Below the pieces are notes generated by a model. That model did not search any database. It saw nothing but the letters and a program-made list of their open reading frames with translations, and was not told the DNA's origin. This document shows, in pieces, positions 18,976-28,423 of a stretch of 64,000 nucleotides of DNA. The first letter of the stretch is position 1, and each line of letters starts with the position of its first letter. The stretch comes from a virus (lineage: Duplodnaviria; Caudoviricetes), in IMG/VR virus record IMGVR_UViG_3300018089_000001, positions 1 to 64,000 of that record; one strand, written 5' to 3'. Both the position numbers and the translations under genes were made by a program.

Positions 18976-19866
18976 TCAGTCGTCTTCGACGGACAGCAGC
19001 GACACGTCGTCGTCGCCGTCGTCGCAGTTGCCGTCGTCGGGCTCCTTTCCCATGCCCGCCATGTCCTCGAACCGCGCTCGGATCTCCGGCAGCGACATCC
19101 GCATCAGGACGTGGGAGACGAAGGCCTCACGGAGGTGGGCCAGTGAGATCGGGAGGCCGGTCAGCGCCGCCACGATCTGCTGCGGCACCTCGGGCCGGTC
19201 TCCGACCCGGGCCTCCACCCGCCGGAGGTACTCGATCTGGACCTGCGGCGGGGGGCAGTCGACCAGGATGACCCGGTCGAACCGACCCGGTCGGTTCACG
19301 AGCCGCGGCGGGAGCTTCTCGCGGTAGTTCGTCATGGCCACGAACACCGCGCCCTGGATCGACAGCTCACCGTCGAGGATGCTCAGGCACTCGGTGTAGT
19401 TCGCCACCCGGTCGGCCTCCTCCATGAGATACATGGAGGGCCGGCCCGGCTCGACGTCCCGCATGACGCTCACGCCGCCGACGAAGCTGTGGGCGTCGCC
19501 GGCGTACATCACCACCCCGCCGACCCGCTCGATGAACCGCTTCGCGATCATCAGGCCGATACTAGTCTTCCCCGAACCCGGGGGGCCGTGGAAGAGGTAG
19601 CCTCGCTTGTGGGTCAGCCCGTACCGGGCGTAGTCGTCCTTGCTGGACAGGAACGCGTCGATGTCCGTGAAGACCTCGTCCGCCACCGTGCCCGGGATGT
19701 CGATCAGGTCATCGGAGACGGTGGCCCGGGCGTCCAGGTAGTAGCCCGCCATGTTCCGGCTGACGTTGTAGAACCCCGGGGGGAGGTAGCGACGGGTGTC
19801 GCCACACGGGAAGTACGAGTTCCCCTTGATGTTGTACTGCCTGATCTCTCTCTGCGGTTCGGTCAT
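18976..19866 (-). CDS. AAA+ ATPase
   Basis: GPPGSGKT, LMEEAD, LDGE, MTN, RPGRFDR. Confidence 0.9.
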   Translation of the reverse strand: MTEPQREIRQYNIKGNSYFPCGDTRRYLPPGFYNVSRNMAGYYLDARATVSDDLIDIPGTVADEVFTDIDAFLSSKDDYARYGLTHKRGYLFHGPPGSGKTSIGLMIAKRFIERVGGVVMYAGDAHSFVGGVSVMRDVEPGRPSMYLMEEADRVANYTECLSILDGELSIQGAVFVAMTNYREKLPPRLVNRPGRFDRVILVDCPPPQVQIEYLRRVEARVGDRPEVPQQIVAALTGLPISLAHLREAFVSHVLMRMSLPEIRARFEDMAGMGKEPDDGNCDDGDDDVSLLSVEDD

Positions 19867-20242
19867 CGGCTCGTGTTCCTTGCCTTGTGTGTTGCCATGG
19901 TATCACTTATCTCGGCGGACCGCCACACGGCGACCTCCCGCGAGTGGCGGGGGTCCTTCCAGACGAAGCCCGCCGCGGCCATCTTCTGGGCCACCATCAC
20001 GGAGGAGAGGGCGGCGTTCCGGGCGTCGTGCTGCTCGGGACTCAGGAAGGCCCCCGGGACGGCGTGCAGCGACGCTAGGACGGCCGCCACCCGGTTCCAC
20101 CGGTCCATCGTGAGCCGGCGGCCGACCATCTCACCCCGTAGGGCCATCGCGTGTAGCGGGAAGTGTGGGTCAAGGAACGCGGCCAGGCGCTCCATGAAAC
20201 CGGCGACGGTCGAGTTCACGGCCGCCTGGTCCGCGTCCCCGA

Positions 20243-20725
20243 TCACTCCCCGCCGTCCGGCTGGCCGTCCTCGAAATCAGACTCTGGCTCGACCGCCGCC
20301 GCCTTCGGCTCCCTGGACCCCTTGGGTTCCTTGGGCTTCCGCGGCCTCTTCTCCCCTCGGGGGGCGGGAGGCGGGGCTGCCCGGACCGCGTCGACCAGCG
20401 CGGCGAACGCCCCGCGGGCCACATCGAGCCCGAGTCCGAAGTCCACCTCGGCCACGATGCCGCCTCGGCGGGCGTCCTTCCGGGCCTCTGGCATGTGGGT
20501 GATCACCCCGGGCACGGCCGGGATGGACTCGTAGGGTCCATAGAAGTACGCCCGGCTGACGCCGGTGACGGTCTTCGGGACCGCCAGGCGGGTCCCGCCC
20601 CGGTGTCCGATCACCCAGAACGAGGTCTTCTCGTACCGTCCGATGCCGGCGGTCATCCCGTCGACCTCCGCCCAAGTCAGGGCGTTCCTCTTGGGAAGCG
20701 TGGCTCCCCCGCTCTCGTCGCTCAT
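20243..20725 (-). CDS. hypothetical protein; domain shared with 25881..26657
   Basis: PGVITHMPEARKDARRGGIVAEVDF. Confidence 0.55.
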   Translation of the reverse strand: MSDESGGATLPKRNALTWAEVDGMTAGIGRYEKTSFWVIGHRGGTRLAVPKTVTGVSRAYFYGPYESIPAVPGVITHMPEARKDARRGGIVAEVDFGLGLDVARGAFAALVDAVRAAPPPAPRGEKRPRKPKEPKGSREPKAAAVEPESDFEDGQPDGGE

Positions 20726-20748
20726 GTCGTCGTCCTTTCCCTCCGGGA

Positions 20749-21507
20749 TCAGCGCCGGCGGGTCCGCTTGATCAGGAAGTACCCCTTGGTGCCGCGGCCG
20801 TCGATGTTCTCGGCCTCGCCCAGCTTGCCGTCGAGGTCGTCGACGAGCTTCTCGAACGCGTCGTCGTAGTAGGTGTCGGCGGTCGACGTGTCGTAGAAGC
20901 CCCCCAGGTCCCGCATGATCTCGGCCTTGGTCCGGATCACCCGCGGCATCAGGACCCCGAGCAGCGCCTTCTCGGTCAGCGGGGGCTTCGCGGCCGCCGC
21001 CGCCCGACTGCGGACCTTGGCGCCGTGCTTGGCGGCCCACGCCACGATCGCCCTGTCGAAGGCGGCCTCGTTGACGCCGGCGACCGTCGAGAGGCCGGCG
21101 ACCGCCGAGAGGCCGTACGTGACGTTGAACGGCCGTCCCCGGGACGTCAATGCCCCCGAGGCGTTCGGGACCGCCCGCGCGATCTCACGGACGTCCGCCT
21201 CGGTGAGCTCCTTCATCCAGAGGACCCGCCGGTGCCGGCCGCAGAACTTGTCGTCATCGTTGGCGATGTCGCCCCAGACCTCGACGCGACACAGGACGGG
21301 GCCGCGGTTGTACTTGGCGGCGTCCGAGGGACGGACCGAGGCGTGCATCCCGTACGAGCAGGTCTTCGGAACCTGGTGTGGGGGGATCGAGAGGGTCGTC
21401 CCGACCGTGACGGCGCGGCCGTCCCCGTTCGTCAGCGTGAGGTCCGCGGGGAGGAAGTGCCACCCAAGCCTCTTCGCGGCCTTCTTCTTGCCAGCTGTGC
21501 TTGCCAT
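20749..21507 (-). CDS. conserved phage hypothetical protein
   Basis: CSYGMHAS...VLCRVEVWGDI...DKFC; GTGTTATAAT 7 nt upstream. Confidence 0.6.
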   Translation of the reverse strand: MASTAGKKKAAKRLGWHFLPADLTLTNGDGRAVTVGTTLSIPPHQVPKTCSYGMHASVRPSDAAKYNRGPVLCRVEVWGDIANDDDKFCGRHRRVLWMKELTEADVREIARAVPNASGALTSRGRPFNVTYGLSAVAGLSTVAGVNEAAFDRAIVAWAAKHGAKVRSRAAAAAKPPLTEKALLGVLMPRVIRTKAEIMRDLGGFYDTSTADTYYDDAFEKLVDDLDGKLGEAENIDGRGTKGYFLIKRTRRR

Positions 21508-21753
21508 GTTGGACATTATAACACAACCGCAACCTCATCCTCAACAGGCCGTCGCGGGGTCCCAGTCCATGACGAGGGCGAACTCCGCCACGTCGTCCCA
21601 GAACCCGGTGTGGAGCGCCTCCGCGAGGAAGGACATCCCGTCCCCCTCCCAGCGACCTGAGGGGAGGACCCACGCGAGCCTCCAGTCGAGCAATAGGGCC
21701 ACGGGAAAGGTAGGGAAGCCGTCCGCGCGGCCTCCCGGGCCCTAAGTACCGCC

Positions 21754-22290
21754 ATGAGCAGGACCTGGGAGCGGCTGGCTGAGGCCGTCGGGATCGAGAC
21801 GGAGGCGGGGTTCAACTACCGCAAGGCCGGACAACGGGCGAACATGCAGCGGTACGGCTCCGTCAGCCGGCAGGCCTTCGACCGGTCGGGACCCATGCCG
21901 TACTTCAAGCCGGGCGGCGGCGGGCTCGCCCAGGGCAACCGCGCCCCCACGGGCGCCGCAGTCCCCACGGGAAGGCCGATGCAGATCCCGGGCGGGACGG
22001 ACAGGCCGACCGGCCAGCCGAACCCGCTCACGGTCCCCACCCGCGCGCCCACTCCGCTGAGCAGGTCGGGCAACGCCCCCAGGGGGACGCAGCCCGTGCC
22101 GACGCCGGGAGGCGAGGAGGAGGACGAGGGGGCCTACGAGTCGGCCGGAGTCGACGAGGAGAGCCGGTTCAAGAGGCTCTCCCACAAGCTGGGGAGGAAC
22201 CCGAAGGTCCGGGACCCGGACGCCCTCGCGGCCTCGATCGGCCGCAAGAAGTACGGGGCGAAGAAGTTCGCGTCCATGGGACGGAAGTAA
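21754..22290 (+). CDS. lone plus-strand low-complexity protein, possible internal head protein
   Basis: MSRTWERLAEAVGIETEA; DPDALAASIGRKKYG; own TAAGTA motif and terminator. Confidence 0.6.
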   Translation: MSRTWERLAEAVGIETEAGFNYRKAGQRANMQRYGSVSRQAFDRSGPMPYFKPGGGGLAQGNRAPTGAAVPTGRPMQIPGGTDRPTGQPNPLTVPTRAPTPLSRSGNAPRGTQPVPTPGGEEEDEGAYESAGVDEESRFKRLSHKLGRNPKVRDPDALAASIGRKKYGAKKFASMGRK

Positions 22291-22306
22291 GCCGCTAGGA
22301 GACGAC

Positions 22307-22347
22307 GAAAGGGGTCCGGGGATGCTCTCCCCGGACCCCTTTCTTTT
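22307..22347. terminator. probably bidirectional intrinsic terminator
   Basis: 16-bp stem GAAAGGGGTCCGGGGA/TCCCCGGACCCCTTTC plus TTTT, between convergent genes. Confidence 0.85.
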
Positions 22348-23334
22348 GCCCGCCGCCCGAACGCTCAGCGCCGGCGGTTCTCCGCGTACGTCTCGGGCGG
22401 GATCGGCGGGCGCCCCTCGATCTGGAGGATGCAGACGTCCTTCTTCGTCCACACCATCTCCCCCCGCACCCTCGCCGGGCCGCCGTCGTCCGGACGGAGC
22501 GCGGGGTGGACCCAGGGGAGGGTGGACGACGGGGCGACGCGCAGGTCCACCACCGGGCCGGCCACCTCCGGTTCAATCCAGGTGGGCACGGCCTCGTCTG
22601 TGCGGGCCTCCTCCCGGGTAGGCCTGGCCGCGGCCGGCCGGACTCCCAGACGCTCTCCGAGGGTCACCCGCACGGCGGCTCCTCGTGCCCGAGACCCTCG
22701 TGACTGACGACGTCCCCGACGACCTGACGCCTCCAGTAAGTCGGAAGGGTCCCCCACTCGGAGTCACGCCGGACCCCGCAGCGGATGCAGCAGTGGGTCA
22801 CCCGCTCGGTCGGGTCGTCCCACTCTCCCGGGAACTCGACAGTCCAGTCATGGGCGGGCATCGGAGACCTCCTGACACGGAATTTCAGCGGAGAAGAGGT
22901 CGCCGCCGGGCCGCCAGAAGACCGAAGATGCCCCGAACTCCCGGCGGCGATGGGCGCTGCATCGTCGACAGCGGTGCACCTCAGCCTCGGCCGGGTGCCC
23001 GTATTCAGCCCAGATGAGTTCCCAGTCATGGCCGGCCATCAACGGACCACCCTCGCCCGGGGGACGGACGGACGGCCGCGACGGGCGGCCCAGCGGGCGA
23101 GGCCCACGAAGCCGCGGAACGCCGACCAGACGAACCGGACGGACAGGACGGCCAGCCGGACGGGCCAGACGACGCTCCAGAGGAAGCGCCAGGCCATGAG
23201 CGGCTCGCTGCCCAGGAAGTCGCGGTCCTGTGGTCCCGTGTTCTCCGCGCAGGCGTAGCCCAGGCTGCCCAGCACACCCGCCGCATAGAAGATGGCCCCG
23301 AGGACCTCGAACCGAAGAACCACTTCAGCATGAC

Positions 23335-23730
23335 TCACAGTAACCTCAGCTTTCCGGTGATGGCGTCGACCTCGTCGGCCCAGGCGGGTCCGATGGCGAG
23401 GCAGGTGCGGGTGGGCTGTCCGTGGAACTCCGTCCGGCCCGCGTCGGTGACGAGGTAGATCGGTAGGCCCGCCGCCTGCGCCTCCGTGAGCACCGCCAGG
23501 AGCCCTTCCTCCGAATCCACGCCGACGCAGACCTTGGTGAACGACCCGGTGATCCAGGCGTCCCACGCCGGCGTCCAGGCGTGTTCCCGCAACCCGGAGC
23601 CCACGACATCCTTAACGTGCAGGGTCACGAAGGTCGAGGCATGGGCCCCCTGGGCGACCATCTTGCCCTTCCGCATGTTCAGGTCCGTCCGCATGACGAT
23701 GACCTGCTTGGCCGGGCGATCAGTCACCAT
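23335..23730 (-). CDS. pth2: peptidyl-tRNA hydrolase Pth2
   Basis: KQVIVMRTDLNMRKGKMVAQGAHA, DAGRTEF, TCLAIGP, ITGKLRLL. Confidence 0.95.
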   Translation of the reverse strand: MVTDRPAKQVIVMRTDLNMRKGKMVAQGAHASTFVTLHVKDVVGSGLREHAWTPAWDAWITGSFTKVCVGVDSEEGLLAVLTEAQAAGLPIYLVTDAGRTEFHGQPTRTCLAIGPAWADEVDAITGKLRLL

Positions 23731-24085
23731 ACGAGTCCTTGCAGAAGGAGCAGCTGCAGTCCATCCCGTGCGTTGATGGCGGCAGGGACTGCTTGGCGAA
23801 CTCCAGTAGTCTGGTCAGGCGGGCGTTCTCCTCGTTCAGCCGGCGGCGCTCGGCGGCGGTGAGGTCCAGCTCCCGCTGCTGCACGACGGCGGCGCCCTCG
23901 AGGTCCGCGATCTCCGCGTATGCCTCGTTGAGGCGGTCGTGGAGGTTCCGGATCGCCTGCCGGTCCCGCTGGATAGCGTCGGGGAGGTCGGGGTCGCCCG
24001 AGATCTCGAGGGCCCGCTCTATCGTCTCGACGACGGGGGCGACCAGCGATCCGATGGCCCCCCGGATGAGGGAGAGTAGTGGCAT
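23720..24085 (-). CDS. coiled-coil hypothetical protein
   Basis: start 6 nt after GAGGTAGGAT; C-terminal CSCSFC. Confidence 0.55.
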   Translation of the reverse strand: MPLLSLIRGAIGSLVAPVVETIERALEISGDPDLPDAIQRDRQAIRNLHDRLNEAYAEIADLEGAAVVQQRELDLTAAERRRLNEENARLTRLLEFAKQSLPPSTHGMDCSCSFCKDSYGD

Positions 24086-24115
24086 CCCCCCATCCTACCT
24101 CAACTTCTTACGGGA

Positions 24116-25435
24116 TCACTCCTCGTCATCGTCGAACGACGGGACGCCGGGATCGGTGGGCTCGTCGCTGAACTCGTCCTCCGGCTCCTGCGGGGGACGC
24201 TCGGCGCGGACCTGCGCGGGGCTCTTCGGGGGCGATGCGGGGGTCGGGCCGGCGTGCGCGCCGCGACGGGGCGGGTGCTGCCAGGCCTTCCACGGGGCGT
24301 TGCCCTTGCGGAGCTCGACGCCCGCGTCGCGCGCCCTGATGGCGGCGTACTCGCTCGGGGTGTACCACTTGCCCCTGTATCCGACCCACTTGGCCCCCGT
24401 CTTCGAGGGATCGACCTGCCGCTTCCCGAAGACCCAGTTGCCGATGATCGGGTCCATGCGCATGGTCCTCTCCTCACCCTCGCTCCCGTGGGGCTGCCAG
24501 ACCTCCCCGTCGAAGCTCGGCGGTCGATCGGGCCCGCGCCTCTCCCTCTCCGGAGTCGGCGCGGTCATGCGCTTCGCGAGCCCGTGCTTGATCAGGTCGG
24601 TTCGGCTGATGGGCTCGGGGGCCTGCCTCGGCTCCGCGCCGCGCATGGAGGTCGCCCGCTCGGCGCCGGGCTCCACGGGGAGGTGCTGCTCGTCCTCCTT
24701 CCGCCACTTGAAGACCCTGTCCGGGCTCCAGGTGACGATCCGCGGTCGGCCGGCGGCGTCGCGGACGACCTGGCCCTGCCTGTCGTAGTGGAACCGCTCC
24801 TCCGGTGGCGGGACGCCGAGCTGACGGGAGAGCTTCAGGGCCCCCGCCCGGTCGCCGTCGCGGTACAGCTGGTCGACGCGACGCTGCGCCGCCACGATCC
24901 CGGAGGGAGTCTCCTTCTCTGGATCGTGCACCTGGGCGACCACGCCCGCCGAGGTCTTGGGGCCCGACGTGATGCCGGGTCGCATGAACTCCGGCTCCTT
25001 CGGGCGGTGCAGCGGGCCGGCGCCCACGGCGTGGGAGGGCTTCTCACCGGGAGCCAGGACCGTCCTGGGGGCTCCGGACAGGGGAGAGGGGGACCTCGAG
25101 GGCGTCGGCCTGGGGGGAATCGGCTCGGCCGCGCCGGAGCCCTTGTCGGTGGACCGGCTCTGGGTCGGCCTGATCCCCCGCGCCCGCTCCGGATGCCGAT
25201 GGAGCGCGGCGTTGACCATGTTCCGCGTGATCTCGTCGATCTCGTCGCTCACGAAGTGGGTGGCGACGTACTGCTGGAAGGCCTGTGGGCTGAGGACCTG
25301 CATCCGCTGCATCATCTCGTCGGCCGCGTCCTGGCCGTGCCTCCTCTGGACGAGCCTGAACAGCTGGTCCCGGTAGTACGCGGCGTCCTTCGCCTCGGCC
25401 AGCAGGGACTCGAGGAACCTCCAGAGTTGGGTCAT
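24116..25435 (-). CDS. Pro/Arg-rich hypothetical protein, possibly virion-internal
   Basis: MTQLWRFLESLLAEA N-terminus; long disordered body. Confidence 0.6.
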   Translation of the reverse strand: MTQLWRFLESLLAEAKDAAYYRDQLFRLVQRRHGQDAADEMMQRMQVLSPQAFQQYVATHFVSDEIDEITRNMVNAALHRHPERARGIRPTQSRSTDKGSGAAEPIPPRPTPSRSPSPLSGAPRTVLAPGEKPSHAVGAGPLHRPKEPEFMRPGITSGPKTSAGVVAQVHDPEKETPSGIVAAQRRVDQLYRDGDRAGALKLSRQLGVPPPEERFHYDRQGQVVRDAAGRPRIVTWSPDRVFKWRKEDEQHLPVEPGAERATSMRGAEPRQAPEPISRTDLIKHGLAKRMTAPTPERERRGPDRPPSFDGEVWQPHGSEGEERTMRMDPIIGNWVFGKRQVDPSKTGAKWVGYRGKWYTPSEYAAIRARDAGVELRKGNAPWKAWQHPPRRGAHAGPTPASPPKSPAQVRAERPPQEPEDEFSDEPTDPGVPSFDDDEE

Positions 25436-25465
25436 GGCTGCCCTAAGTACGGCCGACCCGACGGA

Positions 25466-25675
25466 TCAGCTCAGGCGACGGACTACCGTCAGGGCGGAGG
25501 CCCTGATCGTCCTGGTCCTGAGCTCTCCCCAGACGGGGGTGTTGCCGGGGCCACCGAGCTCCTCGAACCACACGCACACCGCGGACTCCCCGACGACCTC
25601 CTGGGCCGTCATGTCCGGGCCACCGGAGAGCAGTCGGACCACGTCCCCCGGCATGATGTTGGCGTGGCGGCTCAC
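25466..25675 (-). CDS. YodC/DUF2158 family protein
   Basis: GDVVRLLSGGPDMT...CVWF. Confidence 0.8.
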   Translation of the reverse strand: MSRHANIMPGDVVRLLSGGPDMTAQEVVGESAVCVWFEELGGPGNTPVWGELRTRTIRASALTVVRRLS

Positions 25676-25880
25676 GCGGCCCCCAGGTAGTCATGGACGA
25701 ACTCCTCCAGCGAGGACTCGAAGTCCGCCCGCATGGAGGAGTAGGCCACGGTGGTCCCGCGGTCACGGTCGACCACCCGCACGGTCGGGTAGTCCACGAG
25801 CAGGTCGTGGCGCCCGTCGTCGGCGACGGCGCTGATGAGCTCGCCGGCCTTTGCGGCTTGGATGGTTTCCTGAATGTCGA

Positions 25881-26657
25881 TCATCCCAATTGCTCCAGTG
25901 CCGCCTCGAAGGCGGCGATTGCGACCGCTCGGTCGTCGAACAGTAGCTGCCCCCGGACCTTGCCGAGGTGCATGTCCCTGGCCTCCTGCTCGGAGATCTG
26001 CCTGATGCCCGGGTGGTCCACGGTGAACCCGCTCAGGTCGACCCTGAGCTGGGAGCGGAAGACGTAGAGGCGCCGGGCGGCGTCCATGCCCGTCACCTTG
26101 ACGTTGGCGCCGCCCGGCTCCAGGGAACGGACCTTCGAATGGACCCGCGCGGCCTCGAGCATCCGCTCGGTCAGCTCGGGGTCGCGCTGGCCCCGCTTCC
26201 GGTTGCGTCGGAGGGCCCCCGCTGGGTCCGCGGGGGCCCGCGCGATGGCCTCCGTGACCTCAGCGAGGCGTGAGGCCATCGCGGCCTCGTTCTCCATGCG
26301 AGCGACGTCGTCCGGCGCCGCCAGGCGGGCCTCCGAGCCGGGCGCCTCGTGCTGGGTCCCCGAGGCCGCGACGTGCACGATGACGCTCTGCTCATACTCC
26401 GGCCCCGTGTTGACCACGCCGAAACAGATCACCCGGCCCCGGCGGTCACCCTGCTCCGTCGGAACGACGACGTCGGCCCCGAGGATCCGGTCCTGCGGGA
26501 CGGGACCGCGCCAGACCGAGCGCTCCTGCCCCGCGGCCCGCATCCTGAGCTCCATCCTCCCGATCCTGACGAGGAGCTCGTTCCTCTCGTTCCACGAGAG
26601 GGCGGAGAGCTCCCGGGCGAGACGGGCGCTGAAGTCAGCGACCTGCGGTCCGGTCAC
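25881..26657 (-). CDS. hypothetical protein
   Basis: GTGA-coupled; C-terminal HPGIRQISEQEARDMHLGKVRGQLLF. Confidence 0.6.
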   Translation of the reverse strand: MTGPQVADFSARLARELSALSWNERNELLVRIGRMELRMRAAGQERSVWRGPVPQDRILGADVVVPTEQGDRRGRVICFGVVNTGPEYEQSVIVHVAASGTQHEAPGSEARLAAPDDVARMENEAAMASRLAEVTEAIARAPADPAGALRRNRKRGQRDPELTERMLEAARVHSKVRSLEPGGANVKVTGMDAARRLYVFRSQLRVDLSGFTVDHPGIRQISEQEARDMHLGKVRGQLLFDDRAVAIAAFEAALEQLG

Positions 26658-26890
26658 TTCTGGGGACCCTCCGGCTGGGGGGCGAGCCCCTCGAGGCAGA
26701 CCGACTGGCCGAACGTGTTGCCCGAGGAGAAGCACACGTAGCCCCTGTCGCGATTGCGAGAGAAGCAGACCGCCACGCCCCCGGAGACCTGCGTGCAGAA
26801 GACGTCGCCGCCGAGGGTCCGGGCCGCGTTGTTCACGGTATAGTCGCACGCGGCGACCGGGAGGAGGAGAGCGAGCAGGAGCGCTTTCAT
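26654..26890 (-). CDS. small Cys-rich lipoprotein
   Basis: MKALLLALLLPVAAC lipobox; GTGGTAGGAT 7 nt upstream. Confidence 0.65.
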   Translation of the reverse strand: MKALLLALLLPVAACDYTVNNAARTLGGDVFCTQVSGGVAVCFSRNRDRGYVCFSSGNTFGQSVCLEGLAPQPEGPQK

Positions 26891-27353
26891 GCAGAACATC
26901 CTACCACCACTTGATGATGAAGTGGACCACGACGCACGCCCCGGCGACCACCGCGGCCAGCCAGAGCAGCACCCAGACGAGGAACGCGCCGAGGCCAATC
27001 CGAACCTTCAGGTCATTCCCCATCGTGACTCTCCACCCCGGGCCACCAGACCAAAATGAGGCTGATCGGCTGGCCCTTCGAGTCCATCGAGCGCATCTCC
27101 AGGGGCGGTCCGGCGGCGGACTGCATGGACGGGTCCGCCTTGTCGCCCTTTCGCTTGACGCGATACACCGCGATCGGACCGAGCGGCTCGGGATAGAACT
27201 GCTCCACGGTCCGGTCCCCCTCGTTGCTCACGACGAAGACCGGTCGCATGAGCTCGAAGTGGTCCCTCTCCGCGGCGGGCCGCAGGAAGGCCGGCCCGAA
27301 CCTCCAGGAGTCGTGGCCGACCGGTGGGGGCGGCAGTCTATCGGGAGTGAGGC

Positions 27354-27917
27354 TCACCGGTCCCCCAGCAGAATCTCGCAGATCCCGGCCCAGTCGTGGG
27401 ACGGCGTACCCGGGGGGGCCTCGTTCCACGGTTGTCTGAACAGCAGGGGCTTGACGCCCGCGGCGGCCCACCGCTCGCACGTGTCCCAGCGGTCGTCGGT
27501 GCCGTAGTCGGCGACGAACCAGTGCTTCTGCCCGGACGGACAGGAGATCACGGGGACGCGACCGAAGTGCTTGTCGAGCCAGCGGTACTTCGAGGCGTAG
27601 CTCTCGGGGGAGTCGTGCAGGGTCGCGGTCACGAAGCCCACCTCATGGCCAGCATCCCGGATCGCGGCGAGCGCGCTCCTGGCCCCCGGAATCGGGTCGA
27701 CGTAGTCCTGGTAGACGTCGGGGAGGGCCAGGAACTCGGCCAGGTTCGTGTCCAGGCAGATCCGCTCATCGAGCTCGCGATGCGCCGGTGAGCGGGGGAT
27801 GTGGAAAGTCGTGATCTCCCTCGGACGCAGCTCGAGGCCGTGCTTGGCCCGAATGAAGCGATCGAAGCCGCCCATCAGGTCGGCCACGACGCCGTCGACG
27901 TCGACCAGGAGCCTCAT
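27354..27917 (-). CDS. HAD-family 5'(3')-deoxyribonucleotidase (NT5C-like)
   Basis: LVDVDGVVAD, PIPGA, FVTA, KYRWL, DD, QPWN. Confidence 0.85.
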   Translation of the reverse strand: MRLLVDVDGVVADLMGGFDRFIRAKHGLELRPREITTFHIPRSPAHRELDERICLDTNLAEFLALPDVYQDYVDPIPGARSALAAIRDAGHEVGFVTATLHDSPESYASKYRWLDKHFGRVPVISCPSGQKHWFVADYGTDDRWDTCERWAAAGVKPLLFRQPWNEAPPGTPSHDWAGICEILLGDR

Positions 27918-28399
27918 TCCCCTTCTCCGATCGGAGAGAAATCAGCCTCCCAGTCCACGATCGATCCCAGCAGCACAAGGTAGTTGATCAGGTCGTTGAT
28001 GCGGCCGTCGATCGGCTCGCTCTCCAGGATCCCTTCCTTCACATACCGCATGATCGCCCCCCAGTGCTTCTGGGCGAAGACGGCCCAGGCCTTCCGGACG
28101 GGGACATCGATGTCACGGGCGATCCGCTTGAAGGCCGCGATCCTGTCGTGCTTCTGCTCTCCCTGGCTGTAGTCCGCGTTCTTCCGCCGGATGATCTCCA
28201 TGCAGTTCACGAAGCGCTGCGCGAAGACCCCGTCGCCGAGGTACGCGGAGACCACCGAGAAGAGCAGGTCCTCGTCCACTGTGTCGTCCTCGGGGACAGC
28301 AGAGTCGATCAGCTCGGAGACCGACTGCTTCCTGGCCTTAGTCCCCAGCTCCCGGCACCTCTTCCGCATGCCCTCGAACCCATCGTCCATCTCACCCAT
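27914..28399 (-). CDS. nucleotide-modification-associated all-alpha protein (DUF1599-like)
   Basis: RKNADYS...DRIAAF...KH...RINDLINYLVL. Confidence 0.7.
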   Translation of the reverse strand: MGEMDDGFEGMRKRCRELGTKARKQSVSELIDSAVPEDDTVDEDLLFSVVSAYLGDGVFAQRFVNCMEIIRRKNADYSQGEQKHDRIAAFKRIARDIDVPVRKAWAVFAQKHWGAIMRYVKEGILESEPIDGRINDLINYLVLLGSIVDWEADFSPIGEGE

Positions 28400-28423
28400 G
28401 CTCACATCCTATCATCGTCAAAA

